Assembly (NCBI RefSeq): GCF_009914755.1
Contig: NC_060940.1
Strand: one strand, 5' to 3'
DNA length: 64,000 bases
Source of the DNA: the human T2T-CHM13v2.0 reference genome, Homo sapiens
Shown: positions 13,398 through 28,369 of the stretch, piece after piece
Layout of the letters: the number at the start of each line of letters is the position of its first letter
Numbering within the stretch: position 1 is the stretch's first letter
Made by a program: the position numbers and the translations under genes
The notes under the pieces: model-generated
What the model was told of the DNA's origin: nothing
Database searches by the model: none
Seen by the model: the letters and a program-made list of their open reading frames with translations, nothing else

Positions 13398-13905
13398 GTG
13401 TAAATCAGATAATATCTGTCCCCTGCTTGGTTTCCCATCATGATGGAGATAAAATCCAAAGTCCTTCACTGTCCTGAAAACCTTGCCATGATCTGGGCTC
13501 CACTGCCTCTGCCCCAATTCACTGTGCTTCAGCTGCACTCTGCCTTCTGTCATCCTAGCCCTGGCACCCAGTGGCCACAGGGCCTTTGCACTCACGGCTC
13601 TCTTCCACACAATACTGCCTTCATGCCATCGGGCCTCAGCTTGCATGCCACCTCCTCGGGGAGGCCCTCCCTGACCACACTTACCAAGGAGTGTCTGACT
13701 TCAACCTCCCAGCATGCTCTAGCCCATTATTTGGTTTTATTTTTTTCATGTCATTGGCTCTTATTGGAAAGTGCCCATCAATCCCCTAGAATGCAGACCC
13801 CGTGGGTATTTCTTCATCTTTTCACCACTGTCTTCTCAGGTGCTAGAAACAGGGCCTGGCACATCATGGGCCCTCCACATACTTGCTTCAAACAAATGAA
13901 TAGGA
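13398..13905 (+). mobile_element. L2 LINE 3' portion
   Basis: ataaaatccaaagtcct...cagggcctttgcac...gcctggcacat...aaatgaat. Confidence 0.75.
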
Positions 13906-15879
13906 AAGCTAGTTCCCTCTCATGTTCCTAATTATTCTGTTGTGAATTTGCAACAGTTTGTCTAAACTCCTTTGAATTAATCTCAGTCTTTTGGGCAGAG
14001 CCCTCCGAACTTGGAATCAAAGAGGACTCACACCTCCCTTATACTGGCAACTGTGCTCCTGTTAACGCATCCTAAGAAAACATTACGTTTGGAGGGAGAC
14101 ATGTCAATGTTGACAGAGACCAAGCCTGTCGTGGTTCAGTTCTACCTCCTAAACTTCTATTCCTGCAGCAGCACTTCCTGGTCCTGCAGTGAGCTCAATC
14201 CTAAGCCTAGAATCTTCTCAAGACCTCTCAGCCCATAGTCCCTTGTGCCTGCAAATACCAGGTGCCTGGAATTTCCGTGCATAACCTCAAACTACACAAG
14301 GCCACAAGAAACCAGCAAGGATAGAACTCCAGCTGGCCTTGCCTCCCACTGCCCCACCCAAACCCCCAGCTCATTCCAAGAAACAACAGCACACTTGCCT
14401 GTTCCACCCAACCAGGGCCTTCCAGCCCCAGCTTCTGTGTAGGGACAATGAACACTCCAATGCCTGAAAAACCCTCCTCTCAAAAACGAGAAAATTGCTA
14501 TTCAAGTTACTTAACGAGAGCCATTATTTGCATAGATTTGGCATTGCAACAACACTTCCGTATTTAAACGGTCTATAATTAAAATCATTAATTGCAGAAA
14601 ATAGTGACTCGTTAAGGCTGTAATTTAGCGGTCTCTCAGTATTTGAGGATCTGACTTAAAGCTTAACGGGATGACCCAGGAAACCACCAGCTCACATGAA
14701 CCGCTCTCAGGTCAAGTGTGGCCCACAGCTCGAGATAGGTGGGATCGAAGCAAGATCCAGATTGAAAGCAGCAGCCTCCCTCCACCTCTGCACTTATGAG
14801 CTAGGCCCCCAGCCCAGTGACACCAATGAAGCTCAAAAACGTCAGGATGGGAAACCTTCTCTGGGAATAATCTTGAGGCCATCAGAGAAGAGACCTCTTG
14901 GCATTTGGGACAATGCAGGCGAGCCAGGCAGGAGCTGAGCAAGTCCAAAGTGTAAATAAATCGTAGTTTATATGCACTCACGGGTTTAAAAGAGGCCTGA
15001 CCTGTTGGGCTATAGAAAGCCTCCTCTGTCAGGATACCCAGGCCTATTTTGGTAGCTGGGCCACTCAGGTAAGGCAGGTAGGATAAGGCGGCTGCATGGA
15101 CTGCACTTGGGAGAGGGTGCGCATCCAGCACACGAGCAGGGAGGCTTCTTGGATGGCATCAACGCCTAGCTGTCGCCCCACACATCCTAAGCACAGAGAC
15201 ATCAGCTCAGTTTGTGGATCAATGGGGAGACAGCAGTGGCATGGTAAGGGTCACTAGCTCAGTGGTGGCCTTTTGGAAGTGGAACCCCCTCTCTGGGCCA
15301 GGTCTGTATGATTGGTTTCATAACTCTGTCCCACGTTGTGACAATGGGATAAAGGCCTCATGTACAATACACAAATTTATGAGCACCGTAAGGATGAAAA
15401 GAAACAGGCTTTCCACCACACCAGCTGGGTGCTCCTCGGGGCCAGCCCTGAGCTCAGCCTACCTAGCCCTGGCATGGGGCCAGCCTATGGAAACAGGACT
15501 TGACCATCTAATGGTGAATCCCCCCGGTCCCCACACCCTCCAAGGGCCTGTTTGCATATCCTCCAGGCAACAGCCACCACCAGCTGTGCAGACAGGCGGG
15601 CCCAGGCCTGGCAGTGTGGGTGGGCCACAGCACAGTAAGAAGGGGGCCCCCTACAACAGGCCACAGCTGTGCCCCTCTAACCCCAGAGGGGGAGGCACCA
15701 CTGTGGCCATTCAAGTGACTCTGCATGGTGTAAGTGGCCCCAGCCTTGTAACCTGGGTATGTGGGAGATTGCTGCATGCAGGTGCAGCAGTGGCATGGGG
15801 ATGAGGGAGGGTGCTGCTGGGTGTGTAGGGTCCCCCCTGGAGGGCCAAACTGGTGTGTGTGAGTCCTTAGGGCTCCCTT

Positions 15880-16237
15880 CTCCTTCCAGGCAGAGGGTGG
15901 AATTCCCTGCCTCACCCGCTTTGAGGTTGGGCATGCCCGCGGGACTTACTCTAGTCAACACAATGTGAGAGAAGGTGGCGTGCATCATTTCCGAGGGGAA
16001 GCTTGAAGTGCTGGTAGAGAAGTCACCACCTCCCTCTTCTCCCTGCCTCAGTGACTACGGAAACGTGGATGGGCATGGACCCTCCGTGGGCCTGGGTCAC
16101 TAAGTGAATATTATGAACAGAGTCTCTTCCCCATCACCTGCTTGGATATGTCACATGGGCAACAAATAAACCTTTTGTTGAGGACACAGAGACCGAGAGG
16201 AGGTTTGTTATTGCAGCCTAACCTACCCATATCCTTC
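15880..16237 (+). mobile_element. MLT1-type MaLR solo LTR
   Basis: 3' end aataaaccttttgttg...gtttgttattgcagc...cct. Confidence 0.65.
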
Positions 16238-17212
16238 CCGACAGGCTCATTCTTGGTATGTGACATTTCGGCATGTCCGTCTATGTGTATGTGTGATATA
16301 TCTGTGGACATGAGTGTGGTCCTTCTTTTGGGGGTGCAGTGTTGTGCTGCATGTGTGCGGTATTCCTCAGGGTGGATGCAGTGTTACTCTTTGTGACATC
16401 TCTGGGCATATACACTGTGATAGGAACTGTGTGCGTGCACCTTCCCTTTGTGTGTGTGATGCTATGGTCCAGGTACAGTGAATGTGAGATTTTTCTGTGT
16501 ACGTGTGTTGTATTTCTGGTGGGCATGTGATCTCTCCAGTGTTGCAAGAATTTTTTGCAAAAACCAGTGGGAGAGAAAGCAGTTTCACTTGGGCACAGAT
16601 CTTGTTCCTTGGAAAAACCAGTAACAGGTGAAATGGGGCCCCATGGGATTCCAAGGCAGGTGGCTGTGAATGCCTGGGAAGACCGTCACACCAGCTTCCT
16701 TTCCCAAGGTCCTCTCAGTTACCACAGGCTGGGGATGAGGATGCAAGGAAGTTGGCTGAGGCCCCTGTCCCTTACCTGAGGGCCACATCAGTCTCAGGAC
16801 CTCTGGTGACTGCCTCTAAGCTGGGGCAATCGGGCACCACTACTCTTCTTTTCTGGCTTTTATGGACAAAACTGGAGGCTCCAAGGCCCCAGACCTAACT
16901 CCTGTTCCCACACAGCCCCAGGACCCAGCCACAAAGACATCATGGGCTTCTAGCCACAGAACCAAAGCTCAGTGAAATATCATTTTACAATAGAGGTAGG
17001 GAAATTGGAATCCCCAAGAGCAGACAGGACTTGCCACGAAACACCTCAAATGTAAGCTTCTGACTCCTGCTCTGGGCTCAGCCAGTGGCAGTTGGTTCTT
17101 TTGAGAACGCTGGGCTGGCAGAGGCCAGGGGGCTGAAACTCCATGCCTGCTAGCCAGGAGGTCAGCCCCTGATTGCAGACCTGCCAGCATAAGCCTCCAC
17201 CAGCTTGCCTTA

Positions 17213-19558
<2,346 letters not shown>

Positions 19559-22500
19559 CTATGTGCCAGGTACTTTGCTCTAAGGATTATTTAGGCAACT
19601 AAACAAATAATGTCTCTGCCCCCACTCTGGTGGTGGGGTAGACAGATGATAAACAAAATCATCAGCACATAATGCAGTGTCAGGAGGTGATGTGAATACA
19701 TGGCGAGAGCACTCTAGGAGAGGGGTGGGGGCAGGGCCCTGAGGTGGGTCCATGCCATGCTGGACAGGCTTGAAGCCCAGCATGGGAACACAGTGCCTGA
19801 GCTCAGAGGGCCAAGAGTGAGGTCAGAGAGGCCACAGGGATGCACAAGAAAAGCCCTGTCAGCCCCTGGAGGACTTTGGAATTTTACTTCGAGACTGACG
19901 GGCAGCATGGAAGATACTGCACCAAACGCTCTTTTTATTTGCTTTTCTTTTAAACAAATGGTCTATGCAGTGGATGATGGACAACAGGCAAACTCGCCAT
20001 CCTGCTTCAGACCAGAACACAGCTCCTCCATCTCCCCACCTGGGAGCCGCTGAGACCCCAAACCTTCACCCAAAGGCGCCGGGGGACACAGAGTGCCTGA
20101 GCACCAGCCTTGCCAATGTCGAGGAGGCTCAGAGCTCTGGTGCCCTCACTCACAATCAAGCAGCAGCAGGTTCAAATTCTGGCTCCTCAGCCCCACACAG
20201 CATGCTGTGGGCACAAGCTCATGTGCAGTAAGATGGGGACAACCTGTCCTCCCTGCTTCCCGGGCTGCAGGAGGACAGAGGGGCCCAGGGGTCAGTGGTG
20301 GGGATGGGGAATCCCCTGGTTTGAGCTTCACATCACCTGGGGTTGGAATCCGTCCCTCCCCTTACTGGGTGATCTTAGGCAAGTCACACAACCTCTCTGT
20401 ACCTCAGTTTCCTCTGTCTGAAACACTCCATAACAGCTTTTCTGTTATAGTTGCTATGAGAATTAAATGAGCTAATACATGCACAGGGGTCTGGAACAGA
20501 CCCTGGCACACAGCAAGTGCTCAATAAGTGTTTACTGCCAGGCATGTCAGTGTTGGTGAGAGTATTATCTGGGACAGCCAAGGACACGGGTTCCCCTTTG
20601 GGCTCCCCCAGGGAACCAGCCTCACTGAAGGCGCCAGGTGCTCTGATTTGCCCTTAAAGGCAAGAATTAGGTAGCAGAGGGGTTCTGCTGGTGGCAAGAC
20701 ATGAACACAGATGGGCTGAGGCTCCTGGCGAGTCCCTGGGTCCCTAGGCCCTGGCAGGGGCTGGCAGAGACAGCAGGCATTCCCCCTGGCCCAGCCATCC
20801 CCCGCACCCCCGGGCACCCCACCGCAGAGGCGCACACACACACGTGCACACACAGGTGGGCCTGCCCCACATAGCCCACTGGCTGGAATCTACCGGGTGT
20901 TTGTCATGCCCCTGGAGCCCTGGCAACTAGGCCACATACACCCGACAGAGACTCAAACAGATCTTCCATTTATACTAGCAGAAAAGGAATTCATTGACAA
21001 GTTTTGGGACACAGGGCAGGCTCAGCACGCTCGCCCTGCAGGCCCCACGCACGTCCTCCACCTCCCTTGGGGAGACGTTCATCATAATTAGAGATGGCCT
21101 CCAGTGTGGGGGGCTGCCTCAAAAGACCCCCCAATGCATCCCCTGCCCCCTGCACAAACAACATTGCCCAGTGCCTGGCACAGGGTGTAGGATCAAGGAA
21201 AGAAAGAGACTCCACCCTTACATGTGACCTTATTAGAATGAGGACACCCCGTGGACATTAAGGAGGGAGGGGGTATGTGAGGTTGACAACTGTGCAGAGT
21301 TTTCTGTAAGAATAGTTTATAACATATTTCAATCTCAGAAATAACCCAGCTTACTTGGAAAACTGCATTTCTGGGAAGAAGAAATGGGTTCGGAGAATTA
21401 GACCATTTACTCAAGTAACACAGCCAGATGGGGGCGGTGCAGAAGAGGATACAAAACCTTTCCTATATGCATGTACCCCCGCCATCGTACACCACCGCCA
21501 GGCAGCCTGCCCTGACTTGTACCCCTCATTGTACATGACCTCCAGGCAGCCTGCCCTGACTATTCCAGTTCATGAGCACACACACGTGTGCATGCACACA
21601 CACACACACGACTACTCCCTCACTAGGCACAATGACCCTTGATTCATGTAACCATGTGAGATTTTCTGGGCTTGCCTGCAGGAGGGGCTTGGAAATACTC
21701 ACAGAGGAGAGACGTCCCCAGGCTGGGCCCTCTCTCCCTGCCCAGCTAGGGGCTCTGGGGGCTGAGACGGCAAACAGGATTTACTGCTCTCTGCCGAGCG
21801 GGGGCCTTTAACCACTTGGCTGTGAATGGCGACGTGCCCATCTGATACACAAACACCGAGAGGACAAAGAAGCCTCCTGCAACTTATAAATCAGAGAAAT
21901 CATGTCTGACAGTCACTTTCCGTTCTCCGAGTGCCGAGCAATTCATCAGCTGGTCCCCCCTGATTCATAGCCGCAGCTACACCCAGCGCCCATGTTCATA
22001 AATATGTGCACAGTCAGGCAGCCCTGGAGCTGCAAGCCGTCCGGGGCCCAAACGGCTACCATTTAAGCAGATCACAGCCCCAAACCAGTGTCAAAGTAAG
22101 GTTCCAGGCTAATTAGATCAAGAGCCCAACAGACCACTGTGTGTCTCGGGACCCTTTCCTCTCTCTCCCCCAAGTGTTTTAAGAGAGTCAAACCTGGGGA
22201 AAGAGGGGAGGAGAAATAAAACAAGCAAAAAGTGAAAGTGAAGGGAGGGGATGGAATAAAGCCTGAAGGGTTCCCGCAGAGCTGGGACTCGCTCCCACTC
22301 AAGGCAAGACCTTTTGATTTGCAAATCTTTCTGAAGACGAGGCCTTCTCCCCACTGGAGGGGTTAGAGGTACTCCCTTGGGTGTCCATTACGTGTATCTC
22401 TGCCTATGAAACCATCCAGGAAAACAGGGGGAGGGCCGGGGAGGTGGAGAGGGCGGGGAGGGGCTGCCCTAGTTAGTGTGACAAACACTCCTTTGCGTGC

Positions 22501-23899
22501 TGGTGACCCAATGTGAGCCAGCCCATGGATATTGATAGAATTTGCTAGCACCATCACTCTCACCCCGCAGGCGCTGACAACCTCTCGTTCCACCCCAAGA
22601 TGCAGGGTCCGCCGATAGTGGCACCCTCCGAGAATCACTTTCCTGAATTATATAAGATCGCACAGTGCTCGGCCGACACCTTGGAGCAGAATGACAAAGC
22701 TGTCTGGGAGCCTGCAGGCCCCTCCACCCCAGCGTGGGGACTGGAGGATTTTGTGAGTTAAGACGCACAATTGCTTCCCTTCCTTTTCTGTGCCTTTTTT
22801 TTTTTTAATAGCACATGACAGGCATCCATAAGACAGACCCACACAACTCAAGTGAATTATGCAGCCCCGCTCATTTGTAAAGTGAAATGCAGATTTCACC
22901 TGCTGAAATTCAGATCTTGCCTCCTGTTCCCCATAAGTCGAGGCTGGCACAAGGAAATCTATTGATTTATTATGATTAAAAAAAATAAAAATAAATAAAA
23001 ACTCAAACTGCCAAACAAACAACCCGCCAAGCAGGAAAATCCCAAAGTCCCTGTCTCTCCTTTCTCCCTCCTCTGCTCAGGAATAAGTGTTAATTTTACA
23101 CTTCATTTCTCAAAAAAATAATAGGATGTGCTTTTGCTTAAAACCAAGTCAGCCTGCTGGAACCTTTCAGGCTGAAACTGTGTCAGCCCAAAAGAGGAGC
23201 AGAGGGCTTTGTGGAAGAGCATCGTGCCGAGATGATAGCTCCCTGTAATGTCCCTGGTACCGACTTTTGTCTCCAAAAGCATTTGATCCCTGGCAGACAC
23301 ATACTTATTTCCATACGGGTCTTGGGGGAAGCCAGGAGGAGAGAGAGCTGATTATCAGAATCCTGAAGGTGAAGCTCAGGTGGGCCCCACTGATGTCAAA
23401 GGCAGGCCTGGGCACACATTCGGAGGCCATAATTTGCTGCCTGGGAGGGAGGAGCGGCGGGCTGCAGCGGGGTGTGGACGGGGCATTGTTCTCGGGCTCT
23501 GGTGCACTGAGCGTGACCTGCTCCAGCCACAACGGATAGTCCCTGCCTACCCCCTCTCTTAGCAGGAACCCCCCTCGGGAAAGCTGACCCCAGAGTGGCA
23601 TCATTAATGCACACACCTGTCTAGGAGAAGACCAATGACTTCCGCCTGGTGTTGACTAGGGGCATGACTAGCCACCTACATCCAGGATGTGGCAATGAAG
23701 GACACAAAAGCTAGAGCCGGGAACACTTGGGTTTGAGCCCTAGTTCCACCACTCACTCGCTGTGTGGACTGGAGTAAGTTACTTTGCCTCTCTGAGCTTC
23801 TGCTTCTGCCACTAGAAAATAGGCAGAGTCATTACGGGGCTTTTGTATGGCAGCCAAGCAGTCTTATTTGGCCACAGGACATCTGCCCTTGCTGAGACC

Positions 23900-24240
23900 C
23901 CCAGACCATCCCACACTCCTTCCCTCACTACACTCAGGGGTCTGCCTAAAGGACACCTCCTCAGGGAGGCCTTACTCGAGACCCCCATCTAACACAGCAC
24001 ACACCCCCGTCCTTTCCAGCACCTGGCCCACCTTTAATTCCTGGATAGCGCTTACTACCACCTGGTATATTACAGGGTTCATTGTTTAATTCATTCTCAT
24101 TCCCTCCGTCCCTCCCTCCCTCCGGCACACAGACAGAGTAACATAAACTCCATGAGGGCTGCTTTGCCCACTGCTATGTCACCAGTGCCTAGAACAGGAT
24201 CTGGCACCCGGAGACGCTTGACGAGCAGGAAATGAATGAT
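23900..24240 (+). mobile_element. L2 3' end within a MIR
   Basis: ataaactccatgaggg...ccagtgcctagaacag...tggcac...aatgaatga. Confidence 0.65.
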
Positions 24241-24916
24241 TTATGTAAAGCACTTAGCACAGAGTTTGGGGTAGGGTGGGAGTGCTGGTAAATGCCATCA
24301 CTATGCACCCATGGTCACCCCTAATCTCACAGGACTCGGCTTGTAAAAACCTCAACTCCAGTAACGCTTTCTGGAACCCCACGGAACAACAGCCTGCTCC
24401 AAGACTGAGGGCGTGGAGAGGCTCCCTCAGCTGACAGAAGAGGAAGGGACGCTTAGAGAGGCAGGGCCCCTAACAGGGATGTGGCAGGGCAGAGCAGGGC
24501 AGAGCGGGGCAGCAGCAGCCCTGCTGTTCACCCCCAGCAGCCCTCTCTGGCTTTAGAAAATTCAAGAAACAGCCACAAGACCTAAAACCTGGGACCCAGC
24601 AAGCCACCCCTGCTCCCTGATCACCCAAAAAAATCCTGGTCAGAAGGAAGACAGAGCCGCCCTCCGCATCTCCATGTTTGAGCCTGGGGGGTCCCCTCGC
24701 CAGCACAAGCGCCGGTTGGCAGCAGGGCTGGGGCTTTCCCTGAGGAAGGGGAGGAGGTAGCCCTGCATGTGACAGCGTGGGACAGTCCAGGCTGCACCTC
24801 CTCTCTCCAAGAGTGTGTCTGCAGGTGGAAGCAAGGCAGGGAATACACAGGCTGCTTGGCCAAGCTGCGGCCCCTCCACTACCAGCCCCAGAAATAAATG
24901 CCCCAGACTGACATTC

Positions 24917-24937
24917 CACAGCACCAGGGACAGCCTG
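24917..24937 (+). promoter_or_regulatory. Candidate RE1/NRSE (REST) site
   Basis: CACAGCACCAGGGACAGCCTG, with the CAGCACCnnGGACAG core intact. Confidence 0.45.
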
Positions 24938-25499
24938 CGGCCTGCGCATCTAGTATCAGGTCAAGTCCTGAGGTCCTGGGGCTCAGACACACACACTGTA
25001 AATGGGCGCGGTACATGGTCCTTGGAGAGAGGAAGCATGGGAGCAAAGGCCCCAGCACTCATCCAGGCAAATCTTGCCAGGAGGCAAGAGGGTGAGGTGA
25101 GGGTGACCCCAGGAGAGGACCCCTCCGACACCATCCCCATAGATAACCACAAATAGCGCAGAACAGGAGCTAGGAACCTGAGCTGTGGGAGACTCTGTCC
25201 TTTGTTTCCTGTAAGAAACAAAGACCCCCAGGCAGAAAGAGGAGGGCAGGTGATAATATCTGGGCAGCCAGATTGGGCCGTTTATCTATTGATCTGTCAT
25301 TAAATGCCATGAAGAAATTAACCAGTCCAGGCTGAAGGGAAGGAGAGAGTGACATTTAGGCTGGGAGTCAACCAGGGTCATAGGAGAACTCAGGGTCTGA
25401 GGAGTGTCCCTTGTCAAAGGCTGGGCAAGAGCTGGGAGCAGGTGAGTGGTGATGGAGGATGACCATGGGAGCCCCAACACCCCCAGCTCTGGCAGCCCA

Positions 25500-25641
25500 C
25501 GGGAACCCACTTCCCTGCCAAGCAGCCCGGGCAGCACCTGGGAGCTTGAGAGAAATGCAGAGTCTCAGGCCTGCCCCAGAGCTGCAGCATTTTAAAGGTG
25601 CCCCCGTGTTTGGGGCGTCCATTAACGCTTGAGAACCACTG
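25500..25641. mobile_element. MER5-like hAT-Charlie relic
   Basis: cacctgggagcttg..agaaatgcaga.tctcaggcc...ttgagaaccactg. Confidence 0.7.
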
Positions 25642-26354
25642 AGCGCGATACAAGGGGCTTAGGGACGCTGATATTGTTGGAATCCTGCTGTCCCGAAGCT
25701 GGGTTTGGGAGCTGTCCCACTGCTTTGACCAATATTCTATGTGGAAGGATCTCTTAAAAGGCAGGAAGTTTTCTAGTCACTTTTTGTCCACATTTTGCAA
25801 AAGACTGAAAAATCGTCAGCAATGAAAAATATTTCCTGTGGTTACTCCTGGGATGGAAATGATGCGAGTATATCTTTGAAGAGGCTGCTGGAGACTCTGA
25901 CGGTGGGTGGCTAACACTCCCCCAAACCATCCCCGCATCACGGCTGTCCCCGACCCCCAGTGCCAGGGGCTCTCCACCCTTCGGTGTCCTCCTCACTCAA
26001 GACCGCTCAGCCATGGCTTGAAGGCACAGCCCACCACGCTGCTCCCATTTTGGGCTCACATTTTCCTAATTAATGCTGGAGGATGGGCTGTGCCCTTCCT
26101 CCTCCCCCTGGGGGCACCCTCCCAGGCCATTCTGCCCAGAAGGGACCCATCGTATGGTCCCCTGTGTTTCACAAAGGCTTCTAAATGAGCTCTGGCAGCC
26201 TGAACCGGGCCCCACGGGGGACCCAGAGCCTCTTCAAAACAGAGCCCTGACAATTAGGCAGTCTGAGTTTTGAAAGGCTTGGGATTGATGGTGTGGACAG
26301 TAAAAACATCACCTGGGGAGCTGGGTGTAGTCCTCCGAGGGTTGCCTGAGGTCA

Positions 26355-26368
26355 GTTGCCATGGCAAC
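26355..26368. promoter_or_regulatory. Perfect RFX X-box palindrome
   Basis: GTTGCCATGGCAAC. Confidence 0.65.
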
Positions 26369-27539
26369 GGAGAATGAGCTCAACCTTGTAACTGACCCTT
26401 ATCTTTTTTTGATCTGTGGGCCACTTGGGGCCAGGGCTTGAAATCAACTGGAAAATAATCCGGTCACATATCAGAAAGAAAACTATTTATACTTATTTAC
26501 CCAGGTACCCACCAACGTCCCCCTTCCACAATGCTGTCGACACCGCAATAAACCGACATCGCATGTGCAAACGAACGCTACCCCATGGCAGGAGAAAGGG
26601 GGAGACCGAATGCCCCATCTGGGTAGAATGCCAATTCCACGCATGGGCACGTGGGTGTGGGTGGGAAGGGTCACCCCCCACCCTGCAGCCTCGCCCTTCA
26701 TCGCTACTGACCACAGCAAGACTGGACTCTCCTGCCTTCCAGCATCTGGTCCAGGCCCACCAAGGGACGGCCTCTGCGATCTGCCCTCTCGCTTGCTATG
26801 CAGGCATGTGGTTTCAGCCTGGCTTGATCACTAGGTTGTCTTCCTTGATTCCAGCATCTGACAAGTCTCCCCTCTGCCAGAGGCTGGACAGAGAGGCCAG
26901 GTGGAAGTTCATCACTTTCTACACCTGGGGGTCGCAATGGGATTCGGGGAACGAAGGCTAAGAAAGGAGGAGGACAGAGGCCTTCCTTCCTGGTCCCACA
27001 CCCGAGGAAGGGCTGGCTGCCTCAACCACCCCAGCATTCACCCCAGGGTTTCCATGGCAAGATCGGCCATCTGGCCAAAGCCTGTCTCCAGGACACAGCT
27101 CTCCTAAGTTATAAGTACTTTGCTCGCTCTCTCCTTCTCTGAAACTCAAATCAGAAGACTCCAGATGGTTCCACTGACCAACTGCTCCCAAGAGCCATGT
27201 CAGATGGATCTTAGCTAGGGGTCAGTTAAGCTTGAGAATGATTTCTGGTAAACTCCCTGTGAGATTTCCCATCACAGCAAACAGGACAGCTCAGCGGACG
27301 GCCCCCGACTAGCCCTTGTTTCATCAAGACTAGATCCTTCAGGGAGTGGGGAAAAACATGGCCAAGAACCAGGCTGCGCGGAGGAGAATCCTGGCTCTGC
27401 TGCAGATGCCCAGGGTGACACTGGGCCAAGCGCTTCCCTCTGTGTCTCAGTCTCTGACTGTGAAATGGGGAGAAGGTTGTCCACCTCACAGGGCTGTTAT
27501 GAGAGTAAATGAGAGCCAAGTAAAGAATATGAAGCATGA

Positions 27540-27843
27540 CCCCCGGCACAGTGGCTTACACCTGTAATTCCAGGACTTTGGGAGGCCGAAGCAGGAAGAT
27601 TGCTTGACCCCAGGAGCTTGAGACCAGCCTGGACAACACAGTGAGACCCCATCTCTACAAAAAAGGAAAAAATTAGCCAGGCATGGTGGTGGGTGGTACA
27701 CTGAGGCAGGAAGATGTCTTCAGCCCAGGACTTTGAGGTTACATTGAGCTATGAACCATTGCACCCCAGCCAGCCTGGGTGATGGAGGGAGACTCTGTCT
27801 CTTAACAAGAGCACAAAAAATTTTTAAAATTAAAAAAAAATTA
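27540..27843 (+). mobile_element. Alu (AluJ-like)
   Basis: Dimer with a small internal deletion; degenerate TSD aagaatatgaagcatga / aagaatactgatcataa. Confidence 0.9.
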
Positions 27844-27844
27844 A

Positions 27845-28369
<525 letters not shown>

